A stretch of 18,690 bases of DNA from Promethearchaeati archaeon. GTDB lineage: Archaea; Asgardarchaeota; Heimdallarchaeia; JABLTI01. The notes beneath the pieces were generated by a model. The model was not told the DNA's origin and did not search any database. It worked only from the letters and a program-made list of their open reading frames with translations. Location of the stretch: contig JABLTI010000054.1 in the NCBI GenBank assembly GCA_013166835.1, forward strand, positions 1-18,690, in the 5' to 3' direction. Below, piece after piece: positions 1-7,588 of this stretch; within the stretch, counting starts at the first letter, position 1; each line of letters starts with the position of its first letter. The position numbers were made by a program, and so were the translations under genes.

Positions 1-1943
1 TTTGTTAAGTTCTTCAATATTAATGCTTCACTAGCACAAGCTGCAACACAAGTACCACAACCTTCACAGAGAATCTCATTTATTACAGAATGATTATTGA
101 CATCATCGAATGTTATTGCTCCATATGGGCATGTTACAACACAGACCTTACAACCACAACATTTGTCTTCATCTACAGTTGAAACTAATGGTTCGTGGAA
201 TAGTTTTGGTTGGTTGAGAAGTGCTAGGGCTTTAACAGCTGCTGCACTGCCTTGTGCAACAGACTCAGGGATATCTTTTGGTGATAAAGCTGTGCCTGCG
301 ACAAGTAAACCGGATACTAAGCTTTCAACAGGTCGTAATTTCATGTGAGCTTCCTTGAAGAAACCATATTCATCAAGGCTGCATTTAGTTATTGATGAGA
401 TTATTTTTGTGTCAAAAGAGGGAATCATAGCAGGGGCTAAAATAACCATATCAGCTTCGACTTCTAATCTTTCACCAGTTAAAGTGTTAGCAGCCCAAAC
501 AATTGTCTTGTCGCCTTCTCTGAAAATCTTAGAAGGTTTGCCTCTGATATAGATGACTCCTTTCTCTTGAGCTCTTTGAATAAATTCTTCATAACCTCGG
601 CCTGCAGCACGTATGTCAATGTAAAAAATATAGACTTCTGTATCAGGAGCTTGATCTTTGAGAAGCAATGCGTGTTTGCCGGTATAGGTACAACATATTT
701 TACTACAGTATGCCATGTGATGTTCAGGATCACGGCTTCCCACACATTGAACGAAAACAACTGTTTCAGGTTTCTTATGGTCTGAAGGTCTTAAGACATC
801 ACCACCAGTGGGTCCTGAACTACTTAGTAATCTTTCAAATTGGATTCCATCAATGACATCTACATCTGCACCAAATTCATACTCTTGAACTTTTGAGATA
901 TCGTATAAATCAAAACCAGATGCGATAATTATTGCACCGTAATCTTTGTTGATAGTTTCAGTCACCATATCGTAATCAATTGCTTGTGGTCCACATGCAT
1001 CTCTACATTTTGAGCAGACGAGTGGGTGAATACCTAAACAATTTTCTGGATCAAGTGTGTAAACGCTAGGAACAGCCTGTGGGAAAGGCAGATAAATTGC
1101 TTTTCTTGGACTTAATCCTCCTTCAAATTCATTTGGTACGATTACTGGACAAACTTTTACACAATCATCACAAAGTGTACATTTGTCCGGATCGACATAT
1201 CGAGGATATTTCTTAATGTCTACATTGAAATTACCAACAAATCCAGAAATGTTTGTTACTTCTGCATTGGTAATTAACTCAATCTTGTCATGGTGACCAA
1301 TCTGTGACATTTTTGGAGAAAGAATACATTGAGAACAATCAAGTGTTGGGAATGTAGAAGATAATTGTGCCATATGTCCACCTATGGTTGGTGATTTCTC
1401 GACTAGAGTTACATCAAAACCGGCATCAGCAATGTCTAATGCGGATTGTATTCCGGTAATTCCTGCACCAATAACTAAGCATCTTCTATTAACATCAACA
1501 GAAGCAGGTGTTAGAGGTTCGTTTAATAAAGCTTTTTCAACTTTTGTTTCAATAATTCTTATTGCTTTCTCTGTTGCTTTACCTCGTTCAGTATGAACCC
1601 AACTACATTTCTCACGTATATTGGCTATCTCAACTTCGTATTTATTCATCCCAGCACTTTCAGCTGCTGTTCTAAATGTTTCTTCATGCAATGTTGGTGA
1701 GCAACACGCACAAACAATAGAACTTAAGTTATGGGATTTTATTGCTTCGGTTAGCTCTTTTTGACCTGGTTCAGAACACAAGTAATGACTATGTGTTGTG
1801 AAAACAACACCTTCTAGATCTTTAGATACTTCAGCAGCTTTTTGAACATCTACCATTTCAGCAATGTTTTTACCACAGTGGCAAACAAAGACACCAATAC
1901 GTTTTTTTGACGCGGGATTATTTTTCTTACTTTCAGCAGTCAC
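1..1943 (-). CDS. hdrA: Heterodisulfide reductase subunit A-like FAD/Fe-S flavoprotein (3' end beyond window)
   Basis: Manual translation from GTG at 1943 (AGGAGG upstream) gives MTAESKK..RIGVFVCHCGKNI..LCSEPGQ..CACCSPTLHEETF..ANIREKCSWVH..LVIGAGITG..EKSPTIGGHMAQLSSTFPTLDCSQCILSPKM..CTLCDDCVKVCP..QCVGSRD..YCSKICCTY..PKDIPESVAQGSAAA..CCGCKVCVVTCP..CEGCGTCVAACA. The frame is open for 647 codons to the window edge, so it is missing from the ORF track. Confidence 0.96.
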   Translation of the reverse strand, partial: MTAESKKNNPASKKRIGVFVCHCGKNIAEMVDVQKAAEVSKDLEGVVFTTHSHYLCSEPGQKELTEAIKSHNLSSIVCACCSPTLHEETFRTAAESAGMNKYEVEIANIREKCSWVHTERGKATEKAIRIIETKVEKALLNEPLTPASVDVNRRCLVIGAGITGIQSALDIADAGFDVTLVEKSPTIGGHMAQLSSTFPTLDCSQCILSPKMSQIGHHDKIELITNAEVTNISGFVGNFNVDIKKYPRYVDPDKCTLCDDCVKVCPVIVPNEFEGGLSPRKAIYLPFPQAVPSVYTLDPENCLGIHPLVCSKCRDACGPQAIDYDMVTETINKDYGAIIIASGFDLYDISKVQEYEFGADVDVIDGIQFERLLSSSGPTGGDVLRPSDHKKPETVVFVQCVGSRDPEHHMAYCSKICCTYTGKHALLLKDQAPDTEVYIFYIDIRAAGRGYEEFIQRAQEKGVIYIRGKPSKIFREGDKTIVWAANTLTGERLEVEADMVILAPAMIPSFDTKIISSITKCSLDEYGFFKEAHMKLRPVESLVSGLLVAGTALSPKDIPESVAQGSAAAVKALALLNQPKLFHEPLVSTVDEDKCCGCKVCVVTCPYGAITFDDVNNHSVINEILCEGCGTCVAACASEALILKNLT

Positions 1944-2519
1944 TTATTTTTTAACCTCCTGCTGTTTTGCTTTTTGAGCATATTCCATCCCAGTTTTGAA
2001 TGCTCTCTCATTTAATTTTTGGAATCTTGCTGGCACCATTTGTAGAGTTGCTTTAAGAATTGCATTTTTGCTTATTAGTGAGTTTAGTTCAGCAAAGAAT
2101 CCTAGCATTACAATATTTGCGACTATTTTTCTTCCTAATTTTTTCTCTGCAATTTCTGTTGCAGGGATTTTGTAAATTTTACTAGCTTTATTCATTCTTT
2201 CATCAACGTGTACTAAATTCTCCTCGTAGAGAAATAATCCCCCTTCCTTAAAAGAATCAATATATTTTGTGTAAGCTTCTTTGCTCATACAAATAAAGAT
2301 CTCAGGTTCTGTGACATAAGGGAAATCTACTATTTCGTCAGATATGACAACGTTGCTTGCACTTGCTCCACCTCTGCTTTCGGGTCCATATGATTGAGTT
2401 GTTACACTGTTTTTTTTCTCAATAAATGATACTGCAGAGCCAAGGATTTTCCCAGCTAAAGCAATACCTTGTCCACCAAAACCACAAATTCGTATTTCAT
2501 GTCGAGTCATTTCTTTCAC
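1944..2519 (-). CDS. korC: 2-oxoacid:ferredoxin oxidoreductase gamma subunit
   Basis: EIRICGFGGQG, QSYGPESRGGAS and ANIVMLG motifs; operon context. Confidence 0.93.
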   Translation of the reverse strand: MKEMTRHEIRICGFGGQGIALAGKILGSAVSFIEKKNSVTTQSYGPESRGGASASNVVISDEIVDFPYVTEPEIFICMSKEAYTKYIDSFKEGGLFLYEENLVHVDERMNKASKIYKIPATEIAEKKLGRKIVANIVMLGFFAELNSLISKNAILKATLQMVPARFQKLNERAFKTGMEYAQKAKQQEVKK

Positions 2520-2521
2520 CC

Positions 2522-3385
2522 TTATTTCTCAGTTTTTTTCCCAATACTTAGGATTCGTTCATCAAGTGTTGGGCGACCTGCTTTCTTAATAAATTCGCCA
2601 ACGATAAGATCCTTTCCGAATACTATGTTAGTATCTTTCGGATCAATTCCATGTTTAATGACTGTGTGCATTTTGAAGAAATTCAGCATCTTTAGACCTG
2701 TGTCAAATTTGTTCCTTCGACCAAATGTTGTAGGGCAAGGATTAACTACTTCAATAAAGGAAAATCCTTTGCTCATAATTGCAGTTTCCATTGAAGCCAT
2801 TAATCGTCTAGCGTTTAGGGAAGTCCAACGAGCAACATAAGTTGCACCTGCAGCAGCGACTAAAGCACTCAAATTGAAGGGGGGTTCTACATTACCATAA
2901 GGAGAGGTAGTAGTCCACGCATATTCTGGTGTAGTTGGTGCTAATTGACCACCAGTCATACCATAATTGAAATTATTTGAACAAATTACTGTGATATCTA
3001 CGTTTCGTCTTGCTGCGTGAATGATGTGATTTCCACCTATTGCAAATAAATCACCATCACCAGAAAAAACTATTACATTTAAATCTGGATTTGCTAATTT
3101 TAATCCAATTGCAAATGGTATTGCTCGACCATGAGTAGTATGAAAAACATCAAGATTCAGATACCCTGAAACCCTGCCTGTGCATCCAATTCCAGATACA
3201 ACTGCAAATTTTTTCAAATCTAATCCGGTATTAGTTAATGCTTGGACAAAACATGATAACATGCTTCCAAGTCCACATCCGCTGCACCAGACATGTGGTA
3301 GTCGATCCCACCGTAATAGATGATCCATAGGATGTTTTTTAGCTTCCAATATTGTATCTCGAACATACTCTTCTGGAGCGGTCAT
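2522..3385 (-). CDS. korB: 2-oxoacid:ferredoxin oxidoreductase beta subunit (TPP-binding)
   Basis: WCSGCG, SGIGC, HTTHGRA, GDGDLFAIGGNH, NYGMTGGQ and CPT motifs; ATGA overlap with the alpha gene. Confidence 0.95.
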   Translation of the reverse strand: MTAPEEYVRDTILEAKKHPMDHLLRWDRLPHVWCSGCGLGSMLSCFVQALTNTGLDLKKFAVVSGIGCTGRVSGYLNLDVFHTTHGRAIPFAIGLKLANPDLNVIVFSGDGDLFAIGGNHIIHAARRNVDITVICSNNFNYGMTGGQLAPTTPEYAWTTTSPYGNVEPPFNLSALVAAAGATYVARWTSLNARRLMASMETAIMSKGFSFIEVVNPCPTTFGRRNKFDTGLKMLNFFKMHTVIKHGIDPKDTNIVFGKDLIVGEFIKKAGRPTLDERILSIGKKTEK

Positions 3386-4548
3386 TTTTTAGCAACTTCC
3401 TCTATTTTCATGAGAATTTCTTTTGGTGTATGAACCATTCCACCAAGCTTTGAAGAAAGAACGATAGGAATTTTCCTATTTGTTGCTTCTTTAACTTCCT
3501 TTATTATTTGCCCATTATTTATCTCCGCAACAACAATTGCATTAGTTTTTTCTGCAAGTTTTTCTATTAGTTTTGTTGGGAAAGGCCAAATAGTGATTAA
3601 GCGTAAGAGCCCTGCCTTAATGCCCTTTTTACGAGCGAGATCAACAGCTCCTTTTGCTGAACGTGAAGTAATACCATAAGAAATGACTATAACTTTTGCA
3701 TCATCGATCTTATAGCTTTCAGTTTTTCTTATTTTTTCTTCGTTCAGTAGTATTTTATCACATAATCGTTTCACAAGTATTTCTTGAGTTTCAGCATTAA
3801 TTACAGGATAACCCTTTTCGTTATGAGTTAAACCTGTTACAAATACTTTGTATCCTTCACCTGCTGCAGCCATTGGAGGAATTAAATCTGCATCCGGTTT
3901 AAAGGTAAGATAATCTTTGGGAGAGCCCTTAGGTTTCTTTCGATTCTTAATCTTTATCTTACTTTTCGGAGGAATGATTAGTTTCTCAAACATATGGCAT
4001 ATCGATTCATCTGTTAGCATTATCACAGGAGTACGATATTCTTCTGATAAATTGAAACATTCTATAGAAAGATCAAATGCTTCCTGAACAGAATTCGGTG
4101 CAAGTGCTATTATTTCATAATCACCATGAGAACCCCATCTTGCTTGCATAACATCTTGTTGTCCAACTAGTGTTGGGAGACCAGTTGATGGTCCACCTCT
4201 TTGAACGTTAATAATTACACAAGGAGTTTCGGTCATGGCTCCAAGACCAATATTTTCCATCATTAATGAAATTCCGGGTCCCGAGGTTGCTGTCATAGAT
4301 TTCTTTCCAGCCCAAGATGCACCCAAAATTGTAGCCATCGATGCAATTTCGTCTTCCATTTGAATGAAAACTCCACCTAATAGGGGAAGACGTTGAGAGA
4401 TTCGTTCTGCGATCTCACTTGAGGGTGTAATTGGGTAACCGCCAAAAAATTTGCAACCAGCAGCAAGACATCCTTCAGCAATTGCTTCATTGCCGCTAAC
4501 ATAGTGCTCCCCGGTTAAAACTTCACTTTGTGGTGCTTTTTTACTCAT
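3382..4548 (-). CDS. korA: 2-oxoacid:ferredoxin oxidoreductase alpha subunit (2-oxoglutarate-type)
   Basis: GNEAIAEG, GYPITPSSE, QMEDE, ATSGPG, QRGGPSTGLPT and QARWGSHGD motifs. Confidence 0.95.
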   Translation of the reverse strand: MSKKAPQSEVLTGEHYVSGNEAIAEGCLAAGCKFFGGYPITPSSEIAERISQRLPLLGGVFIQMEDEIASMATILGASWAGKKSMTATSGPGISLMMENIGLGAMTETPCVIINVQRGGPSTGLPTLVGQQDVMQARWGSHGDYEIIALAPNSVQEAFDLSIECFNLSEEYRTPVIMLTDESICHMFEKLIIPPKSKIKIKNRKKPKGSPKDYLTFKPDADLIPPMAAAGEGYKVFVTGLTHNEKGYPVINAETQEILVKRLCDKILLNEEKIRKTESYKIDDAKVIVISYGITSRSAKGAVDLARKKGIKAGLLRLITIWPFPTKLIEKLAEKTNAIVVAEINNGQIIKEVKEATNRKIPIVLSSKLGGMVHTPKEILMKIEEVAKK

Positions 4549-4591
4549 CCATTTTCGCCTTACTTTAAATTTTCTTTAATTTTTTCATATT

Positions 4592-4888
4592 TTAATCAGT
4601 TTTTGCACCAGATTTTTCTTTATCCTTCTCAAGAAATATTGAGAATTCGGGACAAATTAATTCACAAAAACCACATTTTGCACAATCGTCCATCGTTTCA
4701 CCTTTTTTCAATCTGGGAGGATGATATCCCTTAGCATTGATTTCGGGAGAACTTTCCAATATCTCAGTAGGACAATACATAATGCAAAACAGGCAACCTT
4801 TACAGCGATCTGTAATAATTTTTAGCTGCCATTTCTCCTGCTCTTTAAATTCTGGGGGTATAAACGATATTGCTTTCTTAGCTGTCAT
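4592..4888 (-). CDS. korD: 2[4Fe-4S] ferredoxin-type delta subunit of 2-oxoacid oxidoreductase
   Basis: CKGCLFCIMYCP and CAKCGFCELICP clusters plus NAKGYHPP; first gene of the kor operon. Confidence 0.9.
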   Translation of the reverse strand: MTAKKAISFIPPEFKEQEKWQLKIITDRCKGCLFCIMYCPTEILESSPEINAKGYHPPRLKKGETMDDCAKCGFCELICPEFSIFLEKDKEKSGAKTD

Positions 4889-5108
4889 TGCGCAAACGAC
4901 ACTGTTATGATTGTGTCAACCTTAAAATAATAATCACTTAAAAAATTATTCTATACAGTTGTTATCTAACTCAAGTTTTTGTGTTATTTATTCTAGATTG
5001 AAATAGTTAATTGACTTTATTTTACTTTCAAATATAGGTTTTACATGTTAAAAATGACTATTCTATATAAAAGAAAGATGATTTTATTATTTTTGCAGAA
5101 ATTTCAAT

Positions 5109-5204
5109 TATGTAATGTATGTAAAATATGTAATCCATGTAAATTTTGTATCAAAATTTAGTGTAATGTATGTAAAGTATGTAAACTATGTAACTAATGT
5201 AGGA
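5109..5204. repeat. Degenerate 9-bp tandem repeat array (consensus TATGTAAnn), two blocks of five units
   Basis: The G of TGTA recurs at 5112, 5121, 5130, 5139, 5148 and again at 5163, 5172, 5181, 5190, 5199. Confidence 0.85.
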
Positions 5205-5220
5205 AAAAAAGCAAGCAAAA
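5204..5220 (-). terminator. Putative archaeal oligo-U terminator of the GTPase gene
   Basis: TTTTGCTTGCTTTTTTT on the minus strand immediately after the stop at 5222. Confidence 0.4.
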
Positions 5221-5221
5221 G

Positions 5222-6148
5222 TTAATATGAAACATCTAAAGGATAAAGATCCCGAATGATTTTAACTAAGTTTATTGATTTATCACAATAAGGACTTATA
5301 ATTTTCAATACATTTCGAGATATTTCGATTGCACGTGGTATAGAATCATGAGGACCAACAACCAAAGCTACTATATGTCTATGTTCCTTTACTAGTGGGA
5401 TTTTGAAGCTGGCAATTTCTATAACTTCTTCCCCGGACCCATGAACTCGCATAGTTCTTGAAAATATCGTCACTTTTCGTTTTAATTCCCGCAATGTTGC
5501 TAATAGTGTAAGGTTAGGTTTTTCTGTTAAAACAGCTTCGTTTATTGCTCCACTTTCTTCGCAAAGTGTTATACAAGCAACAATCTTTGTATAATTAATA
5601 ACTCGTTCTCGTCGTTTGAAGAGAATTCTATTCAACCATTCTTCAATAGCATACAAACCTTCTCCTGTTTTTGATGAGAATTTGAAAAGATCAACATCAC
5701 ACTTGGTTTTATCAAGATCCATAAGACTGAGATTTGTCATTAATTCTCCCACAGAAGCAGAATTTGGCAAGTCCGATTTAGAACCCAGAACAAGTAACCT
5801 TATAGGAAAATTCTTCTCCACTAAATCTTTAATCAGCTTTCGACTTTGCTGAAAGATATCCTTATTAGTTGAATCAACAAGAAAAAGTAAAGCATTTGCA
5901 CCAAGAATGGAACGTTTCCATAGAGTTTTCTTTTGAGGGATATGATCATCTAAATCCCAAGTTAATAAAGAAAAATTATCTAGAATTTGTAACTCAAATT
6001 CCGTTGTATTACTCACCGAAGCCTCGATGAATTCATCGGATTGAAGGATTCGTTTCACAAATTCAGTTTTTCCAGAATTAACTAAGCCTACTATAGCAAT
6101 TGATATTTTCACATCAAATTTCGTCATGAGATTTTTTATAGCAGACAT
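5222..6148 (-). CDS. Arf/Sar-like small GTPase domain (degenerate G3/G4) fused to a C-terminal longin/roadblock-like domain
   Basis: IAIVGLVNSGKT P-loop, TWDL, LWKRSILGANALLFLVDST, LLVLGSKSDLP and FSSKTGEGL..EWL match the Arf layout. The C-terminal ~120 aa show a beta-hairpin/helix/beta-strands/helix pattern (fold inferred). Confidence 0.8.
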   Translation of the reverse strand: MSAIKNLMTKFDVKISIAIVGLVNSGKTEFVKRILQSDEFIEASVSNTTEFELQILDNFSLLTWDLDDHIPQKKTLWKRSILGANALLFLVDSTNKDIFQQSRKLIKDLVEKNFPIRLLVLGSKSDLPNSASVGELMTNLSLMDLDKTKCDVDLFKFSSKTGEGLYAIEEWLNRILFKRRERVINYTKIVACITLCEESGAINEAVLTEKPNLTLLATLRELKRKVTIFSRTMRVHGSGEEVIEIASFKIPLVKEHRHIVALVVGPHDSIPRAIEISRNVLKIISPYCDKSINLVKIIRDLYPLDVSY

Positions 6149-6272
6149 TTAATCAATTCCCAGCTCTAAGATACTACCTTAACATATAGCTCTTACTAGT
6201 ATTAATCTTAATGCAATTAACAAAATTGCATTGTAAAGATAAATTAAACAAAAAGTCTAAAGAAATTTGAAG

Positions 6273-6294
6273 TTAAGGGAGAAATATCCCTTAA
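6273..6294 (-). terminator. Stem-loop downstream of the proline-rich gene, possible terminator or processing site
   Basis: Perfect 8-bp arms TTAAGGGA/TCCCTTAA with a 6-nt loop, ~25 nt after the stop and followed by T-rich sequence on the minus strand. Confidence 0.5.
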
Positions 6295-6318
6295 TTCTAA
6301 TTAATCATGATTTGTTAA

Positions 6319-7269
6319 TTATTGAGTTTCCTCACTCATAAATTTCTTTAAGCGAGCTAATTCTCTCAACATTTCCATTCGCAAACCGCTAATAGTTTGT
6401 CCATCGCTATCAGTTGCTGGTGTAGCTGATGTGGTAGGAGCTGAAGTTGGTACGGGAGGTGGAGCCATATCTGAAGTTGTTGGTGGTGCAACAGGTGATT
6501 GTGTTGGAAGTCTTGGTGGTAAAGGTGGTGTAGAGATAGTTGGAGGTGCAACACTAGGCGGAACAACTGTTGTTGGTCTTGCAGTTGATGATACAGGGGG
6601 TATTTTTGGTGGGATAGGAATTGGAGATGATGGTTTTGTTGGAGGAGATCCTGTTGGTATTGATGGAATTGTAGGAACTGAAGGTGGAGCACCAGATGTT
6701 GGTGGTCCTGTGGGAGGTAATCTTGGAGGAGCTGCTCCGGGAACAGGGGGAGCTGTGGGAGGAATTCCTGGAGTACCTGATGTTGGGGGAGGTGGTGTTG
6801 TTGGAGGTGGCATTACTTGATCTCTTAATCGATCTCTGCTTGACTCAAGACTTTCAGCAAGTGATTGGTATTCTTGAGCACCAGATCTTCTCTTCAAATC
6901 AGCATCAATTTTAGTAATTCTAGCTTTATATCTACTAGAAAGACTATCACTTACAGTTGAGCTTATGCGTTTACTTCTTCTTGCATCTTTTACTGCAGAA
7001 AGAGCAGTACTTGCTGCAACACGCTCTATGGACAAAATAGTCATAACCTCTCGAGGATCAACACTTGCGGCAGCACCTTCGGACATTGGTTCTGAGGATG
7101 CTAATGCAGCTAATGCAGAGACATCTACTCCTTTCTTTCTTCTTGCTGTAGCTATCCAAATAATAGCAATTAGAAGTATAATTGCAAACCAGAATATTGT
7201 TGCCCAGATAATTCCGGACATTCTTTCGCTTACGTTGGGTAAATTAAATATGAAATCATACCAAGCCAA
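6319..7269 (-). CDS. Single-pass membrane protein with helical region, long Pro/Thr/Ser-rich tail and C-terminal amphipathic helix
   Basis: TTG start with GAGGGG upstream; hydrophobic IIWATIFWFAIILLIAIIWIATA followed by RRKK; ~135-aa Pro-rich segment; C-terminus ISGLRMEMLRELARLKKFMSEETQ. Confidence 0.85.
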   Translation of the reverse strand: MAWYDFIFNLPNVSERMSGIIWATIFWFAIILLIAIIWIATARRKKGVDVSALAALASSEPMSEGAAASVDPREVMTILSIERVAASTALSAVKDARRSKRISSTVSDSLSSRYKARITKIDADLKRRSGAQEYQSLAESLESSRDRLRDQVMPPPTTPPPPTSGTPGIPPTAPPVPGAAPPRLPPTGPPTSGAPPSVPTIPSIPTGSPPTKPSSPIPIPPKIPPVSSTARPTTVVPPSVAPPTISTPPLPPRLPTQSPVAPPTTSDMAPPPVPTSAPTTSATPATDSDGQTISGLRMEMLRELARLKKFMSEETQ

Positions 7270-7324
7270 TTATTTTGCCCCTCATTCTTTTTTATCTTTA
7301 TGAGTATTAAATTCTCCGAATTTT

Positions 7325-7360
7325 TTTAATATAAATATTATTTCCTTGCTTTCTGAAAGC
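7325..7360 (-). promoter_or_regulatory. Putative TATA/BRE promoter with adjacent palindrome
   Basis: Minus strand reads GCTTTCAGAAAGC-AAGGAAAATAATA-TTTATA, with the TATA-like hexamer ~60 nt upstream of the start at 7269. Confidence 0.35.
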
Positions 7361-7571
7361 TTTATCTTCAACAAAGATGTTCTTTTGCTTTCTTATAAGA
7401 CCTTTGTTATGTGTATAACTGAGGTCAGTTTCCTATCGAAAATATTTACTTCCTAGTTATTATTTGTTGCGCTTTTGACATTTAAAATCATTCGCATTAA
7501 ATTAATAAGATGAAATTGCTTTTTTAATATTAGTATTTTAGCAAATTAGCACAACATTTAGCTTATAATAC

Positions 7572-7586
7572 AAAAAACACCAAAAA
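7572..7586 (-). terminator. Putative oligo-U terminator of the MazG-like gene
   Basis: TTTTTGGTGTTTTTT on the minus strand right after the stop at 7589. Confidence 0.35.
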
Positions 7587-7588
7587 GC

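Noticed and set aside
1310-1360. Selenocysteine in HdrA as the reason it is missing from the ORF track
   Set aside because: The relevant motif reads TLDCSQCILSPKM with TGT codons and I found no in-frame TGA; the ORF is missing only because its stop lies outside the window.
97-1596. Short ORFs at 97, 355, 479, 567, 668 and 1384
   Set aside because: They are antisense or alternative-frame shadows of hdrA with no recognisable motifs.
5109-5204. CRISPR array interpretation of the repeat
   Set aside because: The period is 9 bp with no unique spacers, and there are no cas genes in the window.
6366-6914. His/Gln-rich ORF 6366..6692 (-), Gly-rich ORF 6431..6820 (+) and ORF 6684..6914 (+)
   Set aside because: These are by-products of the CCA/CCT-rich proline codons in other frames and strands.
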